A stretch of DNA of 64,000 bases from Octopus vulgaris (GCA_951406725.2 OX597817.1:134230001-134294000); one strand, 5' to 3'; shown: positions 10,505-24,712, counted from the stretch's first letter. A program made the numbers and translations. The notes: generated from the sequence alone by a model not told the origin.

Positions 10505-13330
10505 ATGTACATAATTCCTCATCTCTTAAATATAGAACTATATTATGACTTCTGGTCCACATTTTCCTGCTTACCCACTTTTGTTACAGGCAACACTTTT
10601 CCAGAGAAAAAAAGTAATTGTTACTGAGAGGAAGAACACCTTTTAAAAATATATAAGCTAAATATACCTATTTTCAAAATGTTTCAAAAAGTTTTAAAAT
10701 AAATTATATGATTTAGCAAAAGTTAAATTAAAAATGACAATAAGGGATCCGAGATAAAGAAGAAGAATGTAAAATAACGCAGAATCAGAATGAGGCCAGG
10801 TAGAAAGCAACAGTTTGAGGTGAAAGGTGTCTGGTCCCCTTCACATATTCGAGAAACACCTAAAGCACAGTCATTGTTCTCAAAGATAAGGCTTCGAATG
10901 TGCTTAACTCCGTCAGGACAAACCAAACACCATTTGGCAAGTGAAGTGATGAGTTTCATGCTGCCAAGTAGTTGGTACTTAACATCTCCCTTACTCCTCA
11001 CATCGCATGCAGTGACGATTATCAGGAAAGAGTTAGAAAAACGAGCAGAGGAATAACAATAATCAACTTTGTATAAGAAATTAGAACAAATAAGATTTCG
11101 ATGACTTAAATATATTTTGCGATTTTTTTGTTCCTTTCTTATTTAAATGCAAAGAATGATTTTTTCAAAATCATTTAAAAACATTTTCTCCATTAATACG
11201 TTTGACAATGATTAATTTTATAACCCAGTTTCATTAATTTATCGAAGTTTTATTATATGTTTATTTTTCCTAATGTAATTTACACACTTGAATTTAGCTC
11301 TAAGTCTTATTTACGTTTATTATTTGTATGGATTCATTTTCTGTTTTCTATGACAATAACCGCAGAAATTTTATATCTAACAGTTGAAAAGATAAATCCT
11401 ATTCTGCAAACGACAACTGAAATACACTATTCAATGAGCTTAAATTGGTGTATGCTTCAAGAATCCTCTAATTTTCAAAGAACGTTGGGTATTTTTAAAA
11501 TTGAATTCCAATGAAAATTTCTATATTTTTCACCTAAACTTGCAATAAAACTCGCAAATTTTTGTACTTAAAATTCCCGCCAGGAAGGGTTTCTTAAATA
11601 CACACAATATCGAAAAAATTGGAAAATCAAAATTTTTTCTAATGGAAATGCTACAATCGAAAAAGGTTTTTTAAAATGCACACCATATATACATTGAGAT
11701 GAACCTTAGGATAAAGAGTAAAACTCCTTCCAAATCATATAGACTCACAAGGCCGGTTTCCCGGTTCCTATGGCGGTTTCCCGGGACGTCGGCTCATCGC
11801 AGGGTTGATGCTCATTTTTGAGTGGACTACAGCAACGAGAAACGATGTGTCTTGCTCAAGAACTCAACGCATTGTCGGGTCCGGGAATCGAAACCATAAC
11901 CTTACGATCAATTGTAACTCAACCGAAAACAAAATATGGAAGAAGTTCACCTCTGTCAGCGCTTCTCTGCAGTTTTCAATTTATTTTAGAAAGCTTCCAA
12001 TGTCACAAAATTTATGAGAGATTGCCCTCAAAAACTATCAGTTTCTCTTTAATCATTATTCGCTTCTACCGAAAGAAGCATATTTTCAATACCAGATTCC
12101 TCGCATTTCGATATTTTAAGAATGCTGTGTAGTCAGGAAGACACCGACAGAATAGAACCATACTAAAAATAAAAAATAAATACTGGGGTCAGTTTGTTCG
12201 AATAAACCCTTCAAGGTGGTGTCACTGCACGGCCACAGTGTAAATGGAACAGATTAAACAAAACTTTATATATGTTATTGTTTCCTAAAATAGCAGTGAT
12301 AAGATGGTTCAAAGAAATTTACCTGCTACGTAATTACATATATATTTTAATGTTTCCTAAAATAACAGTGATAAGATGGTTTAAAAACAAATTTAAAAGC
12401 TTAGTTCTTTACGAAGTGGACACTTTCTACTCTATAATTTTTACCTACGGTACAAATCTTGACAAGATTCGCTGCGTTCAAATATTTCAATTAAGCTAAA
12501 TTATAATAAACGTTTCTTCACAGAGATATAATTTAAAGACAAATACTATTTATCCAATTCGACCATTTCTGGCCTTGTAAACTATTTCTACGCCATTAAT
12601 TTTGAGGTTGACAAAATTCGGTTCCGCTTTTGGGCATCTTAGCCTATAATTGCATGTGATACACAAGAGGTATTTCTCTAGCGTCCCTGCACCATGTACA
12701 AAGCACATTCCCAATGATTTTCAACCACCAGGTTCAATTGTTTCCTATGAAAAGCAAGATTAATAATACTAAGAGTATGCGATACAAGTTTGAAAATAAG
12801 CACGGACGTTCAGGACAAACTCTGGACGGACAAACGGTTAAATTTTTAGATGTTACGCCCCAACATTTGGAACACATTTTATCATCATAGTGTATTTATT
12901 CGACTAATTTTCCATTGTAATATCTCAAAATATAGCAGAACACTGATCTTTTATCACTTTTAATTTGATCATGGATTGAATTAAACAGAATCCGTTGTGA
13001 AAAAGTAAACGTTGACAATGTGTGTGTGTATATATAAACCGAAACATTATATAGAAGAATGCAGAATTATACATCATGAAGTATTTATTACAGCATATTC
13101 ATACACACACGTATATACATACATACACGACACGCTTCCACACAATCTACCAAATTTTCTCGCAAAACGAGTTTCTTCACCATCTATGTTAAACAGTATT
13201 TTTTTAAATATTTCCTTGCTAATCGTATATGTTTAGTTTTGAATAAAAGGGATCTCGAATCCATTATAAGCCATAAACTTTCCACAACCTACTCAGTATC
13301 AACATCGAGAAGAATTGATTGTAACCTTGC

Positions 13331-14097
13331 ATTCAAATTGTGGCACAAAGCCAGCAGTTTCGGGGGAGGGGGATAAATAACATTGTTCAACACAGGAAAA
13401 TAGACCTCTTTTGTAGTTTGAACTCAGAAAATAAAGTCGGTCGAAACGCCGCTAAACGTTTTGGTCTGCTTTCTACCGGTTCCGCCTGCTCACTGCCTTA
13501 GAACTAATAATAATGATCCTTTCTATTATAGCCACGACGCCTGAAATTTATGGGGAGGAGGCTAGTCGATTAGATCGACCCCAGTGATTCACTGGTACTC
13601 AATTTATCGACTCCGAAATAATAAAAGGCAAAGTCGACCTCGGCGGAAGTTGAACTCAGAACGTAGCGGCAGACGAAATACCTATTTCTTTACTACCGAC
13701 AAGGGGCTAAACACAGAGGGGACAAACAATGACAGACAAACGGATTAAGTCGATTATATCGACCGCAGTGCGTAACGGATGAAAGGCAAGTCGACCTCGG
13801 CGGAATTTGAACTCAGAACGTAACCGCAGACGAAATACCACTAACCATTTAGCCCGGCGTACTAACGATTCTGCCAGTTCGTCGCCTTCGAATTGATGGT
13901 AATAATAGCGTATTGGGAAGGCAGTAAGTCGACAGAGACGTTACCGCGCCAGTCAAAATACCAAGTTGTATATCGTCCGTCTCTACGTTCTGAGTTCGAA
14001 TTCCAGCGAAGTCACTTTTACTTTTCATCCTTTCGAAATCGATTAAATAAATACCAGTTGGCCATAAATTGCTGCCCTTGTGCCAAAATTTGAAATC
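13331..14097. mobile_element. Cluster of SINE family B copies (13331-13499 -, 13517-13889 - composite, 13918-14097 +)
   Basis: Repeated GAAAGGCAAAGTCGACCTCGGCGGAATTTGAACTCAGAACG core; B-variant tail starts at 13683. Confidence 0.85.
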
Positions 14098-14486
14098 ATC
14101 ATTAGCGTATTTTTCACGCGCTTTGCTCTGGATGACCGACGATCGTCAGAATATTATTCTAACAAATAAAATCGCCAACGTCATATTTAAAATGTACAAA
14201 CTTTTAAAATTCCTAGTCGGCTTCGTGATGTATTTTTCATCTGCATTGAGGCTTGGTTTCACTTTTGGTATCGGTAAATATTCTTTCGATGATATGTCGA
14301 CTTGAGCAGAGCTGACCTATACAGTATCGCTATCCCAGGGCTGTCTCCCTTTTCCTTATTTAACAAAATCAGTCAAGATCATTTATTTTTCACGTCATTA
14401 AGAGTGTTATATTATTTGATTTGAATCTCTTGCCTCATTACATGAAATTCTAGATGAAATATTCTGCAAGAAGATGGGGAGGTCAC

Positions 14487-14535
14487 AGTGCATCATTTGG
14501 ACCAGTGCATAATTTGGACCAGTGCATAATTTGGA
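14487..14535. repeat. 17-bp tandem repeat, about 3 copies
   Basis: CAGTGCATMATTTGGAC repeated. Confidence 0.8.
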
Positions 14536-15629
14536 GTTAACAACAACAGCAACTTGTACTTCTGCATCTCAATATGGCGCATTGGGGTTCGAACCGCAGT
14601 CCTTGTAATATATTAAATACTGTACTATTTCTGCCAATTCATTAAAGTAATAAAGTGAACAAAAGGACCAGAAAGGAAGGAAACGAGACCATTTATCCTC
14701 CTAGACGAAATGTTCTGCTAATCAAACAAAAGTTTATTTCAATTTATTTTTAAAGTTTAGATAACCAGACAGACTTATGATTGATCTTATAAAAGATTTC
14801 ATACCCGCAGCTATTTAAACGATACGCTATTAACCATGCGCCATTTAATTAGGTTTCTTTTTTAATTTCTAACAGTGTATTTTAAATAAGCTGAGTGTTT
14901 TTTTTTTCCTCCCATCTGAATATTTCTGGTAAATATCTTTTGCTTTTAATATTTCCTTTTTCATTTCACAAAGTCTTTGAAACTAGAAAATTTTCGAGAT
15001 ATTAAAAACATAAGTAATTCCTAAACAACTATTTTTCTATATTTTTTGAAGACAGCTTGAACTAAATGACTCCGAAAACAGAATATAAAATATTTACATA
15101 TTTTCAGTGAAAAATAAAATTCTTGGCGTCATGTAATTTAAAATTACAAAATCCACAACAAATATTAATAACATCATTATTATTATTATTATGTTGTTGT
15201 TTTCAGACTAAACAGTGTTTCACGTATAATTCATATTTGTCACAGTTAATCCCTCGGGGCAATGACAACTACACACGCTTTCAAGAATAATGACCGGTTA
15301 TTAGAGAGAAAGATGGAAGATGCCTAGCAGGCAACAAAAGCTCATTCAATAAGATGCATTGTTTCACTCTAAAAATGTTAAGTTATTGAAAAACTAGTTA
15401 ATAAGTTATTGTATTTTGTGGCATGGAAGACATTACTTCGCAGAAGACAAACCGGAGTTTTCGAAAGGAAAATAAGATGTTTTTTTTAATATATTTACCG
15501 GAATCTCATTTACACGTACAGTAACTACCCAGCGGGTACATGCTAATAGCCTGTTATCAGACAAAACTGGAGATTGAACCAGCAGACTGCTCATGCCCGT
15601 TGTTGCGTGAAGTTACCAGATAATGGATA

Positions 15630-15808
15630 ACTACCCAGTGGCTTGCTGACGGGTATTGCAGTGCACGCCTGTGATTATTAATGCCACACATAAATGTACC
15701 CCTTTTGCCAATGCTATCCAACTCTAAGCCACTACCCAGTGGCTTGCTGACGGGTATTGCAGTGCACGCCTGTGATTATTAATGCCACACATAAATGTAC
15801 CCCTTTTG
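15630..15808. repeat. Identical 78-bp direct repeat with 23-bp spacer
   Basis: 15630-15707 equals 15731-15808. Confidence 0.95.
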
Positions 15809-15927
15809 TCACCATATTAACTTATAAGTTAAAACGCGGGAATTTTAAGTGCACGTCTGTCAACACAACACAACACAGCTAAAAAACAAAATAGATTTTC
15901 GTTATAAAACATTTGTTCTGGTTTGGG

Positions 15928-15928
<1 letters not shown>

Positions 15929-15992
<64 letters not shown>
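15929..15992. repeat. (TG)n microsatellite
   Basis: Uninterrupted TG run. Confidence 0.95.
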
Positions 15993-15994
<2 letters not shown>

Positions 15995-16579
15995 AACATT
16001 GAGACACTGCAACAAACACTTCAGAAAATTACTTTCGCTATGACAGAGGTTTTGGTGAGAGAGAAAATCAGAGAGAGAGAGAATGTATGTGTGTGTGAAA
16101 GAATTAATATTTATTAAAAGGTTGTTGTTGACAATGAAATACTGTGAGGAAGAAAGAGATGTAAACTGTTGTCACCATAGTAACTAACGTGACTTGCACT
16201 ATATAACAGTCTACTACTACAAGAAAGTACGTGCATGACTGACAAATAATTTGATCGGCAGCGTAGCCACGGTTAAAGATCTTATAATAATAATAATAAT
16301 GGTGATGACTAGCCACAAGACAGATATTTTAGATAAAATTCGTCTGGATAATCCGATATATTTTACGTGATTTATCGAACCACTAGAAAGATGAAATACA
16401 AATTCTACTGCGGTAGAATTTGAACCAAGAATATAAGCATGACATGACTAAATCTAAGAAAACAACTCTACCGCGTCTGTTATATAACATTCAGTTCTCA
16501 GTAGTAGTAAACCAGTTCAGCCGTAACCGAAGATTAGTAAGAATTTTTTCTTTCCATGAAATATTATAAGAATATAAAC

Positions 16580-16940
16580 AATAAATTGACACCTATACCA
16601 GTCGTGGAACTGGACGGCACTGCATCATACCAAAGATCCAGTCTTTCCCATCTAAAATAAGAACACAGTACTGCAATAGTCTGGGTTTCAAGGTACCGCA
16701 ATTGTTCAACATCCTTCAGGGCAACCTTAGAGATCTACATGGTTTTCAGGTGGAAGTTTTCAAGGAACGTCTGGACAGGTTTCTATCTAAGATACCAGAT
16801 GAACCCACATCGCGGCAGGAGACGCAAAAACGAGCAGTTCCGTCCAACTCGCTACTTTATCAAAAACAATACCGAAAACAAAACCGAGTGGTGCACCAGC
16901 ATAGCCTCGCCCCGGGATGAAACTAAAAGAAAAAAAAAAA
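16580..16940 (+). mobile_element. 5'-truncated CR1-group LINE 3' end
   Basis: Translates GRHCIIPK...NSLGFKVPQLFNILQGNLRDL...FKERLDRFLSKIPDEP, a typical CR1-group ORF2 C-terminus, followed by an A-rich tail. Confidence 0.7.
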
Positions 16941-17384
16941 GATAAGTAATTATGCCATTTTCTGTTAAAACGGTAAAGAGTAATTTCAGCAGGTTTAAAT
17001 GCTATTTCTTGCAGATTTCTGTGCGACTGTGTAAAGACGAAGTTGTTTAATCTTAAAAGCAGACGAGTAGTAGATCACGTGGTATAGAGAACGTTGAGAT
17101 ATCGCTAGTGTTACAGTCGGTTCTCTTTACTGAGCCAATACTCCAGAGGAAAAGTTGAACGTTATTCAAAATATAGTTAATCTTCCTTATAATAATAATA
17201 ATGATAATAATAATAATAGTGTAACAAGGCAGAGAAATAATATTAGAATATCGTTTGATCTCTTTGAAAGATTCGATTCTGATATTCAATATCGTTTAAT
17301 ATACACAATTTACAAAAGAACATATTTATCTCTCACTGGACGGAATGCGTTTGCGTAGAAACTACCTATAGCGAAGCGGTAAAC

Positions 17385-17546
17385 ACACACACACACACAC
17401 TATACATGCGTGTGCATACATACACTATGTATATATATACACATACATACTCATGTATGTGGGCGTATAAATGCGTGTGCGTGCATACGTATATACTCAC
17501 GCGTTATCGACATGTATATGGATGAAATACTTTGGATGTATATATA

Positions 17547-17583
<37 letters not shown>

Positions 17584-17745
17584 CACACATATATACATAC
17601 ACATTTCACATGCACATACAAATATAAATACATAGGGATATACATATACGTATGTATATAAATATATATATATACACATATATACACACACACATATATA
17701 TACACACGCACATATATATATATATATACACACACACACTCACAT
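17385..17745. repeat. Compound TA/CA microsatellite
   Basis: Alternating purine-pyrimidine low-complexity tract. Confidence 0.9.
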
Positions 17746-18731
17746 ATATTGTGGTTGTCTACTCCTTATACAGAGTTTGACCACCTCCTACACCTGCACC
17801 TTAGCACCATCATGGCATCTGATGTGGCTTTTTAAACCAGACAATGTTCTGAAAAGACACCCACACAGATTTCACATCCGATTCGGACCACCTAGAGCTG
17901 CAGATAAGTTCTGATCTTTGGGGAACTTTAAATGTTTTTGACGCCTCCGTTACACATACACACAAACATACGCACACACACTCATGCATACATATCCATG
18001 CATATAATGAGAAAGTGAGAAGGAAGGATGAAAAGAACTGTTTGTTGTTGTTGTCCTCTTAGACGCACTGCAATGAGTGTCGTTGATATCAAACGATGGA
18101 TGTAATGATGGCTGGTTATCTCCAAGTTGAAACCCTACTGAACTCCGCCTCATCTTCTGTCACTTTGGGTTTAATAAAACATGTCAAGTAAATCGGTCTT
18201 TCTAACAATTGTCTTACATGTACTGAGATTTGTTCAATTCGCAAAATTACATCGCTATTTATATATGTGAGGAGTTATATAGAAAAGGCGGAAAGATGAC
18301 TGGATAAGACGAGGACTTAACTTCAATCCGCCACTGAAGCTGTTTCACTTCATATCCTTCTGTGTTGTCTCAAGGGAGAAGCTATGAATGTCATATAATC
18401 ATTTTCGTTCTCCTAAAATGTTGAAGATTTTGTGTCCGTTTGAAAAGAAAATTATCTTTTATCGTTTATTTGTTTCAGTCATTTAGCATAAACACACGAA
18501 CACCAGTTGTCAAGCGGTGGTGGGATACAAACCGAAACTCAAACACACACACACACACACACAGTTTCCACGCACCAAATCCACTCGCAAGGCTTTGGTT
18601 AGCCTTAGGCTATGGAAGGCTCGTCCGCTGCGCGGTACGTCTGAATTTAACGGCATGTCACTGTGAAGCAAACTTCTTTATTTTGTTCTTTCTTGTGAGG
18701 AGTTTGTCAGACAATGCAAAATCGTCTAAGC

Positions 18732-19015
18732 CAGGGCTGGCCAATCTGAGGCCTGCGGACTTTTACCTTGCGCCCCGCATGAAACTTTCAAATGGGTTTA
18801 TTTAAACAAACATTTTTAAAAATTTATCAAAAAGTAAATATTGTAACCAAAAGTAAAAGAAAGACTGTTTTTGCAATGATATTTCATATTGGATCAACAA
18901 TTATTCATTCATTATTGTAATAATAGCATGAGAAAGCAAAATGCCACAAGCGGCCTTCAAAAAGCTTTATGTGATTAAAGTGGCTGGCAATGTAACTCGA
19001 GTTGGCTAAGCCATG
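18732..19015. mobile_element. Probable hAT-type MITE remnant
   Basis: CAGGGCTGGCCAA ... TTGGCTAAGCCATG imperfect TIRs; TSD not clean. Confidence 0.4.
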
Positions 19016-20694
19016 CTAAGTGGAGTCCATTTCACTTTTGTAGAAAGTAAAGGCGTTACATCTACCAAACCACCTTCCTGGTGAGTGGTCCTCCTAACTC
19101 GTGATTATATGGCCCCCGTATACCTTTAGTGGAGCCGATTGTTGCAAACCAGGTTCTTGGGCGGAGGATAATTTTTTTGTGTCGGACCGCAAAAGGTTTA
19201 CTGTGACCTGATAACTATTACTATGTTTTCGTTAATTTGTTTTGGTGTTCTACTCTCACTAGAAAACACGGACAAACTCTCGACTCTCCTTGTCTTTGAC
19301 CCAGCGACATATACAAGGAGGAACAGCTGAAAGGAGAGAGGGCAGCGCAGCACTCAACGGTACCCACTTTCAACGAAGTAGATTGGAACAACGTGAGATG
19401 CGGTGCCTTACATTAGGACACAATGTTGCACCCTACACACGAATTGAATCCACAACATTATGATCATAAGCAGTAAGCCCTAACCATTAGTATTAAATCC
19501 GATACATAGTATTAAGGTTTTTTTTAAACTCATTTACCAGATTCTACCAGAATAAAGGAGAATTATATTTGAAGAATTGTAGTAGGCTTGTAGTTAGTAA
19601 GAATTTGTTAGGGGATGGAATATGAGAAATCGGGTTTAAGAAGACAACAAAAAAGACATCAGAAAACCTGAGTGTAAAAGTGTATTGATGTAAGAGAAAG
19701 GGCGACTAAATAAATAAGAATGGTGAAATTGTAGAAAGATGTCTCGATGCACACACTGTGAATTTGAGAAGAACGAAGGAAGACCGGGTAAGAAAGATAT
19801 ATAAAAAAAAAGTTGTTTGATATTTGTACATCATATGCACACATACAGTAGCACAATCTACTGAAAACGATTGAACTTAAAATACAAGTTTCATTCAATA
19901 ACGAAATGAATAGCTAGATAAATTAGAACACTTCTCAAGAAAGAAATCATCAAAGTGAGTGTATTTTTTGTGTCCCAGATTTATGAATAATGCAAAATAG
20001 GCGGTCGTGATTAACGTAAGTGGAATTACTTGAACAAAGACTAGAAAACTATGTCATCGTCTTCTGCCGATTCCGTGCTTAGTTCCTGCTCTGCGGCCAC
20101 TTCAAGAAATCAATATATATTAACTCTACAGAATGCCCGTGTGTTTTAACCCTGATGACCCGACGTGTTCTTAATCTTGCAGAAATAAAATACTATGATA
20201 ATATTAAGAGAGAGATCTTTATTGATACAAGGAGAAACATAACTGAACGTAACTTTGAGCTGCTTAGCACTGTTAAACAGACAGCAAATCAAACAGAACC
20301 TCATGTGTTGCTTTTAGAATTTTCATGATTAGGATTACAAATATTGTTTGATTGCATAATGACAGCGAAATCGAAGACAATCAGGAGTGCACCAGACTAG
20401 ATGTCTTTAACGTTATTTTATTGTAGTCTTTGAATATTCATCTCTGAATCCAGGTTCAGTCCTCAGCCTCGACAAATCCCTCTCCAAAATAGCAGACAAA
20501 CCACTGACACCTTATATAACTGCCTGTGATTTGAACTCAAAATGGGATGTGATGTGTCGTAAATAATGCACAACAGTTATTTATGTTAATAAATACTTTA
20601 AACGAATATCAAAACATTAACAGATCGATATTTCACGGCCACGAGAAATTCTATGAATCAATAACTGGCGCTTTGTCAATTACGATGACAAAGA

Positions 20695-20950
20695 TTCCTG
20701 CTCGTGAAATTAATGTGCAAGTGGCCCAGAACTTCAGAGATACGCCTACTTCTAAAGTAGTTCTCAGGGCGATTCAGTGGGACAGAATGCGACAAAGCTG
20801 AACTTTTGACATAATGGTACAACCTACTTTTGCCAGCTATGTAGACTGGAACAACGTGAAATATAGTCTTGCTCAAAGACCCAATGCAATGCTGGAAATC
20901 GAACTCACGACTTTACGATTGTGAGACAAATACCCTAACCCCGAAGCCAC
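20695..20950 (-). mobile_element. SINE family C-related copy
   Basis: GCTCGTGAAATTAATGTGCAAGTGG shared with the 3975-4354 copy; reverse-complement B box GAAATCGAAC. Confidence 0.7.
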
Positions 20951-22663
20951 GCAACTTTACTACTATGAAAAATAATCAATAATTCAATTACGAAATATAT
21001 CGATCTAAAAAGAACAACTTAAGCATTGTTTACATATAAAATTGACATTGTTGTCTGGATAAGAATCTCTGTTCGCAATTGTGATTCTCTGTTCAAAGCT
21101 ACTGTGCGGCACCTGGACATTAACCTTGGGTCATCCAAGAGCATATTAACTGATAGTTTGTAGACGGAAGATGTTTGGATGCCTCGCTGGAAGGCCCTTT
21201 CCTTAATTTGTAACCTTGGGGCATAAAATTAATACGTCTCCCATTTTCACAATTCCCTCGTGTCTCTGCTTGCCTATAGTAATGTCCACTACTGCAAGCT
21301 TTCGAGCCTGTGGATCACTGACTCACTTATCCCGCCAGCATCACAGACTCCAATTGAGGATCACAGAAGCCGCCCATTATCATTTGACGAAGCCATAAAA
21401 ACAAACATAAAAATATCGGCTGCAACACATTACCTGGCTTTCTTGACGCAGAGTCGTTAGTAATTGCATTTCACAAATCACGGCCTCGTTCCGCGAAACC
21501 TTTCTCACCTTCGTCGTACATTAGTTCTCAGTGTTTATATAATTAATATTAGATTTTTATCGCACCATCAAACGGGATAATTCCAGCGCTATCCATGTCG
21601 CATCTTATAGATGAAGAGCATTTCCATTTTCCTTACTATCTGTTTGGTTATTCAGGTTTCCTTTAATTCTCATCTAATCAGATATTTCGAGGTTCTGTCC
21701 CGATTCTTGGAAATTCTGCCGTTAATGCATGTTAGCAATAACAATTAATATCGCTGATGTTTAACTCGGATTGCTGAAACGTCAGATAGCCGAGCGATTA
21801 ATGTCGAGGTTGCAGGCGCTAATTTACGCTGGAATTTGAAAGAAAACATGCTTAGTTTCGATTTTCCGACGCAACGGTGAAATGTCTGTGCCTAAATCAC
21901 AAGAAAACATTGGAGACAGATTTGAACTCGTGGCTCTTTAGTTAACAGCTCATTATATAATCGCCTGGCCATTACATTCCTTATTACTAGTTGGCCTCCG
22001 TTAGGCCAGCAAGGAAGTAATCATGAAAGTCAATATAGGTACAGTTGACGTCTAAAATTTAAATGAATATCGTTGGGTCATACCTGTTGACAGAAATCTA
22101 TATCGCGCCGATGTCATTTTGAAAACTCTTCCTTAATAATTGCTAAATTTCATTTTACTCTCATTTTTACATGGCGCAGTAGGAAAACAAACGGAAATGA
22201 TTGCTGTTTTTTAGGCGATAAATGGGACCACACACGAGCATTATTATCCACGTGTCTTCTGACTGCGCACACACACCCCATACATACAAAGAGAAAATGT
22301 ATTGAATAGTTAGCACCGTTTTATTAAATAACAAAATATTTATTCGCATAGGCAGAGACGTAGCGCTATTTTAAAGAAATTTGCTTGACAATCACGTTGT
22401 TTCTGGCTCATTCATGTGCGCACCCCTTTGGGCAACTGAATTCTACTTTGGCTCGGACTTGACCTGTGAGTGAAATTGGTGAGTGTGCGTGCACACACAC
22501 ATTCAGTCGCTACACGTACGGCAGGTAAGTATTGGTTTCGACAGTCGATTGCAACCTACTCCATATAAATTCAGTTCAAAGCCAGCTAACATCACTTACT
22601 AAGCCTTGTAGATATTTTGACTCCCAAAATGTCAGTAGACTAACAAGATCTGTAGTGTTGAGA

Positions 22664-23062
22664 AGGCAGCGAACTTGCTGAAACGTTAGCACGTCGGGCG
22701 AAATGCCTAGCGGTATTTCGTCTGCCGCTACGTTCTGAGTTCAAATTCCGCCGAGGTCGACTTCGCCTTTCATCCTTTCGGGGTCGATTAAATAAGTACC
22801 AGTTACGCACTGGGGTCGACATAATCGACTTAATCCGTTTGTCTGTCCTTGTTTGTCCCCTCTGTGTATAGCGCCTTGTGGATAGTAAAGAAATAGGTAT
22901 TTCGTCTGTCTTTACGTTCTGAGTTAAAATTCCGTCGTGGTTGACTTTACCTTTCATCATTTCGGGGTCGGTAAATTAAGTATCAGTTGCATACTGAGGT
23001 CTATCTAATCAACAGGCCCTCTCCCCTTAAATTTTGGGCCTTGTGCCTAGAGTAGAAAAGAC
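22664..23062 (+). mobile_element. Composite SINE B: B-variant (to 22895) joined to host B body (22896-23062)
   Basis: 14-bp TSD CTGTAGTGTTGAGA at 22650-22663 and 23063-23076; junction AAAGAAATA|GGTATTTCGTC. Confidence 0.9.
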
Positions 23063-23689
23063 CTGTAGTGTTGAGATATTTAATTACGGTACTTTACGTG
23101 GTGAGTTAAAACCTTGCCGTGATCAACGTTACCTTTGCTATTCCGTCATGGATGAAAATGAGAAATTTTAGTTCCAAATCAACACTCAGTAGTCTTAAAA
23201 GAAAAAACAAATTCATTCTGTGTTTCTGTCATAGACTTCCTACTTTTAAGGATAAGAAGGTGTTATTTAAAATTAATGTGACTACAACATTTTAAGTAAG
23301 TCAGTTCTTGGTTCAAGTAAGTTCCAAATGGAAACTGGGGTCTGAATCTACTCAACTAATTGTTTTGTTCCTATATTAAAACTCAAAATTTTCACTTTCA
23401 AAATATATAAATAACATGTGGAGCGCCTGAGTAAACGACCGAATGCATAGAGTTACGTCCCTTTGCATTCTGGATTCGAATCCTTCCAACTTCCAGTTGA
23501 CAGTTTTATTCTTTCTGATTCGATAAAGTACTGAGGTTTGTTAACTTAACGTTCTCTGCCAATATGCTGGTCATTCATCAAAACTTATTATCCAATAAAA
23601 TGTTACCATTTACTCATAGATATTCAATTATCCATAGCTCTATATCGTTGTTTCTGCTGCTTCGTAAACGGTTTCGTTTTGGTTGGTAT

Positions 23690-24020
23690 GAAGCTTGCTT
23701 CCTGGTTTCATGGTTCTGGGTTCAGTCCGTGGCACCGTGGGCAAGTGTCTTCTACTGTAGCCTCTTGAGTGGATTTGGTAGAGAGAAACTGAAAGAAGTC
23801 TGTCGTTTATTATATAGATAGATGTGTGTATGTGTGTGTACCTCACTATCGTTTTACAACCGATGTTGGTGTGCTTACATCACCGTAACATAGCGGTTCA
23901 GTAAAAGACACCGATAGAAGAAGTACCAGGCTTAAAAAAGAAAAGTATTGGAATCGATTCGGTTAACAATTCCAGGCGTTGCTCCAGCATGGCTGCAGTC
24001 TAATGACTGAAACAAGGAAG
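23690..24020 (+). mobile_element. SINE family A copy
   Basis: GGTTCAGTCC...GGCAAGTGTCTTCTACT...GCTCCAGCATGGCTGCAGTCTAATGACTGAAAC. Confidence 0.8.
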
Positions 24021-24712
24021 AGGCAAACCTATGCATTTTCATTTGTTTATTAATTTATTTTCTCGAACACAAAATTAAGCAACACACACACACACACACA
24101 TCGCCAGACACGCATAAAAGAACACACAAACACATACAAAGCACACATATACACACACACACCAATTCCACACAAATTTCTATGCTTTATTCCGCTATTC
24201 CATTTCCAAGTCCGTCAATACTACCGTCGTTTCGTTCCGCTAAATGCTGTGAAGTAATTTATTTTGTGAATTACCAAAAATATTTAGCTTTGATTTTGCT
24301 ATCAGTTCTCTCTGGTCGGCTTCCCAGGCGATGCCAGTGATTGAAATGGCTTTTATTGTGTCTACACACTACACTTAGCCTCTCTCACTCTCTCTCTCTC
24401 TCTCATACACATAAACAGTCTCCCTCCTTCCCTCTCTACAAATTTATTTTTTATGGTGGCCAACATGGTTTGTCTGCACCACAGAGAATTTCCTTGATGG
24501 CCATGCTGTTTATTATTTTTTTATATAAATGTTCCTGTTTTTCGTTTTTACAACAGCGATGTTGATAGAACAATGGATGGATGGATAGATGGTAATAGGA
24601 AGAGATTTTTCTTTCCTGCTGCTTTCCCCAATTATTATTACTACTACTACTATTATTATTATTGCCTCTTTTGTGTAAAAAGCGCAATATAGTTTTTTTT
24701 TTCTCTTTTACC

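Noticed and set aside
15630-15808. Repeat-spacer-repeat as a CRISPR array
   Set aside because: Only two 78-bp repeats, eukaryotic context, no cas genes
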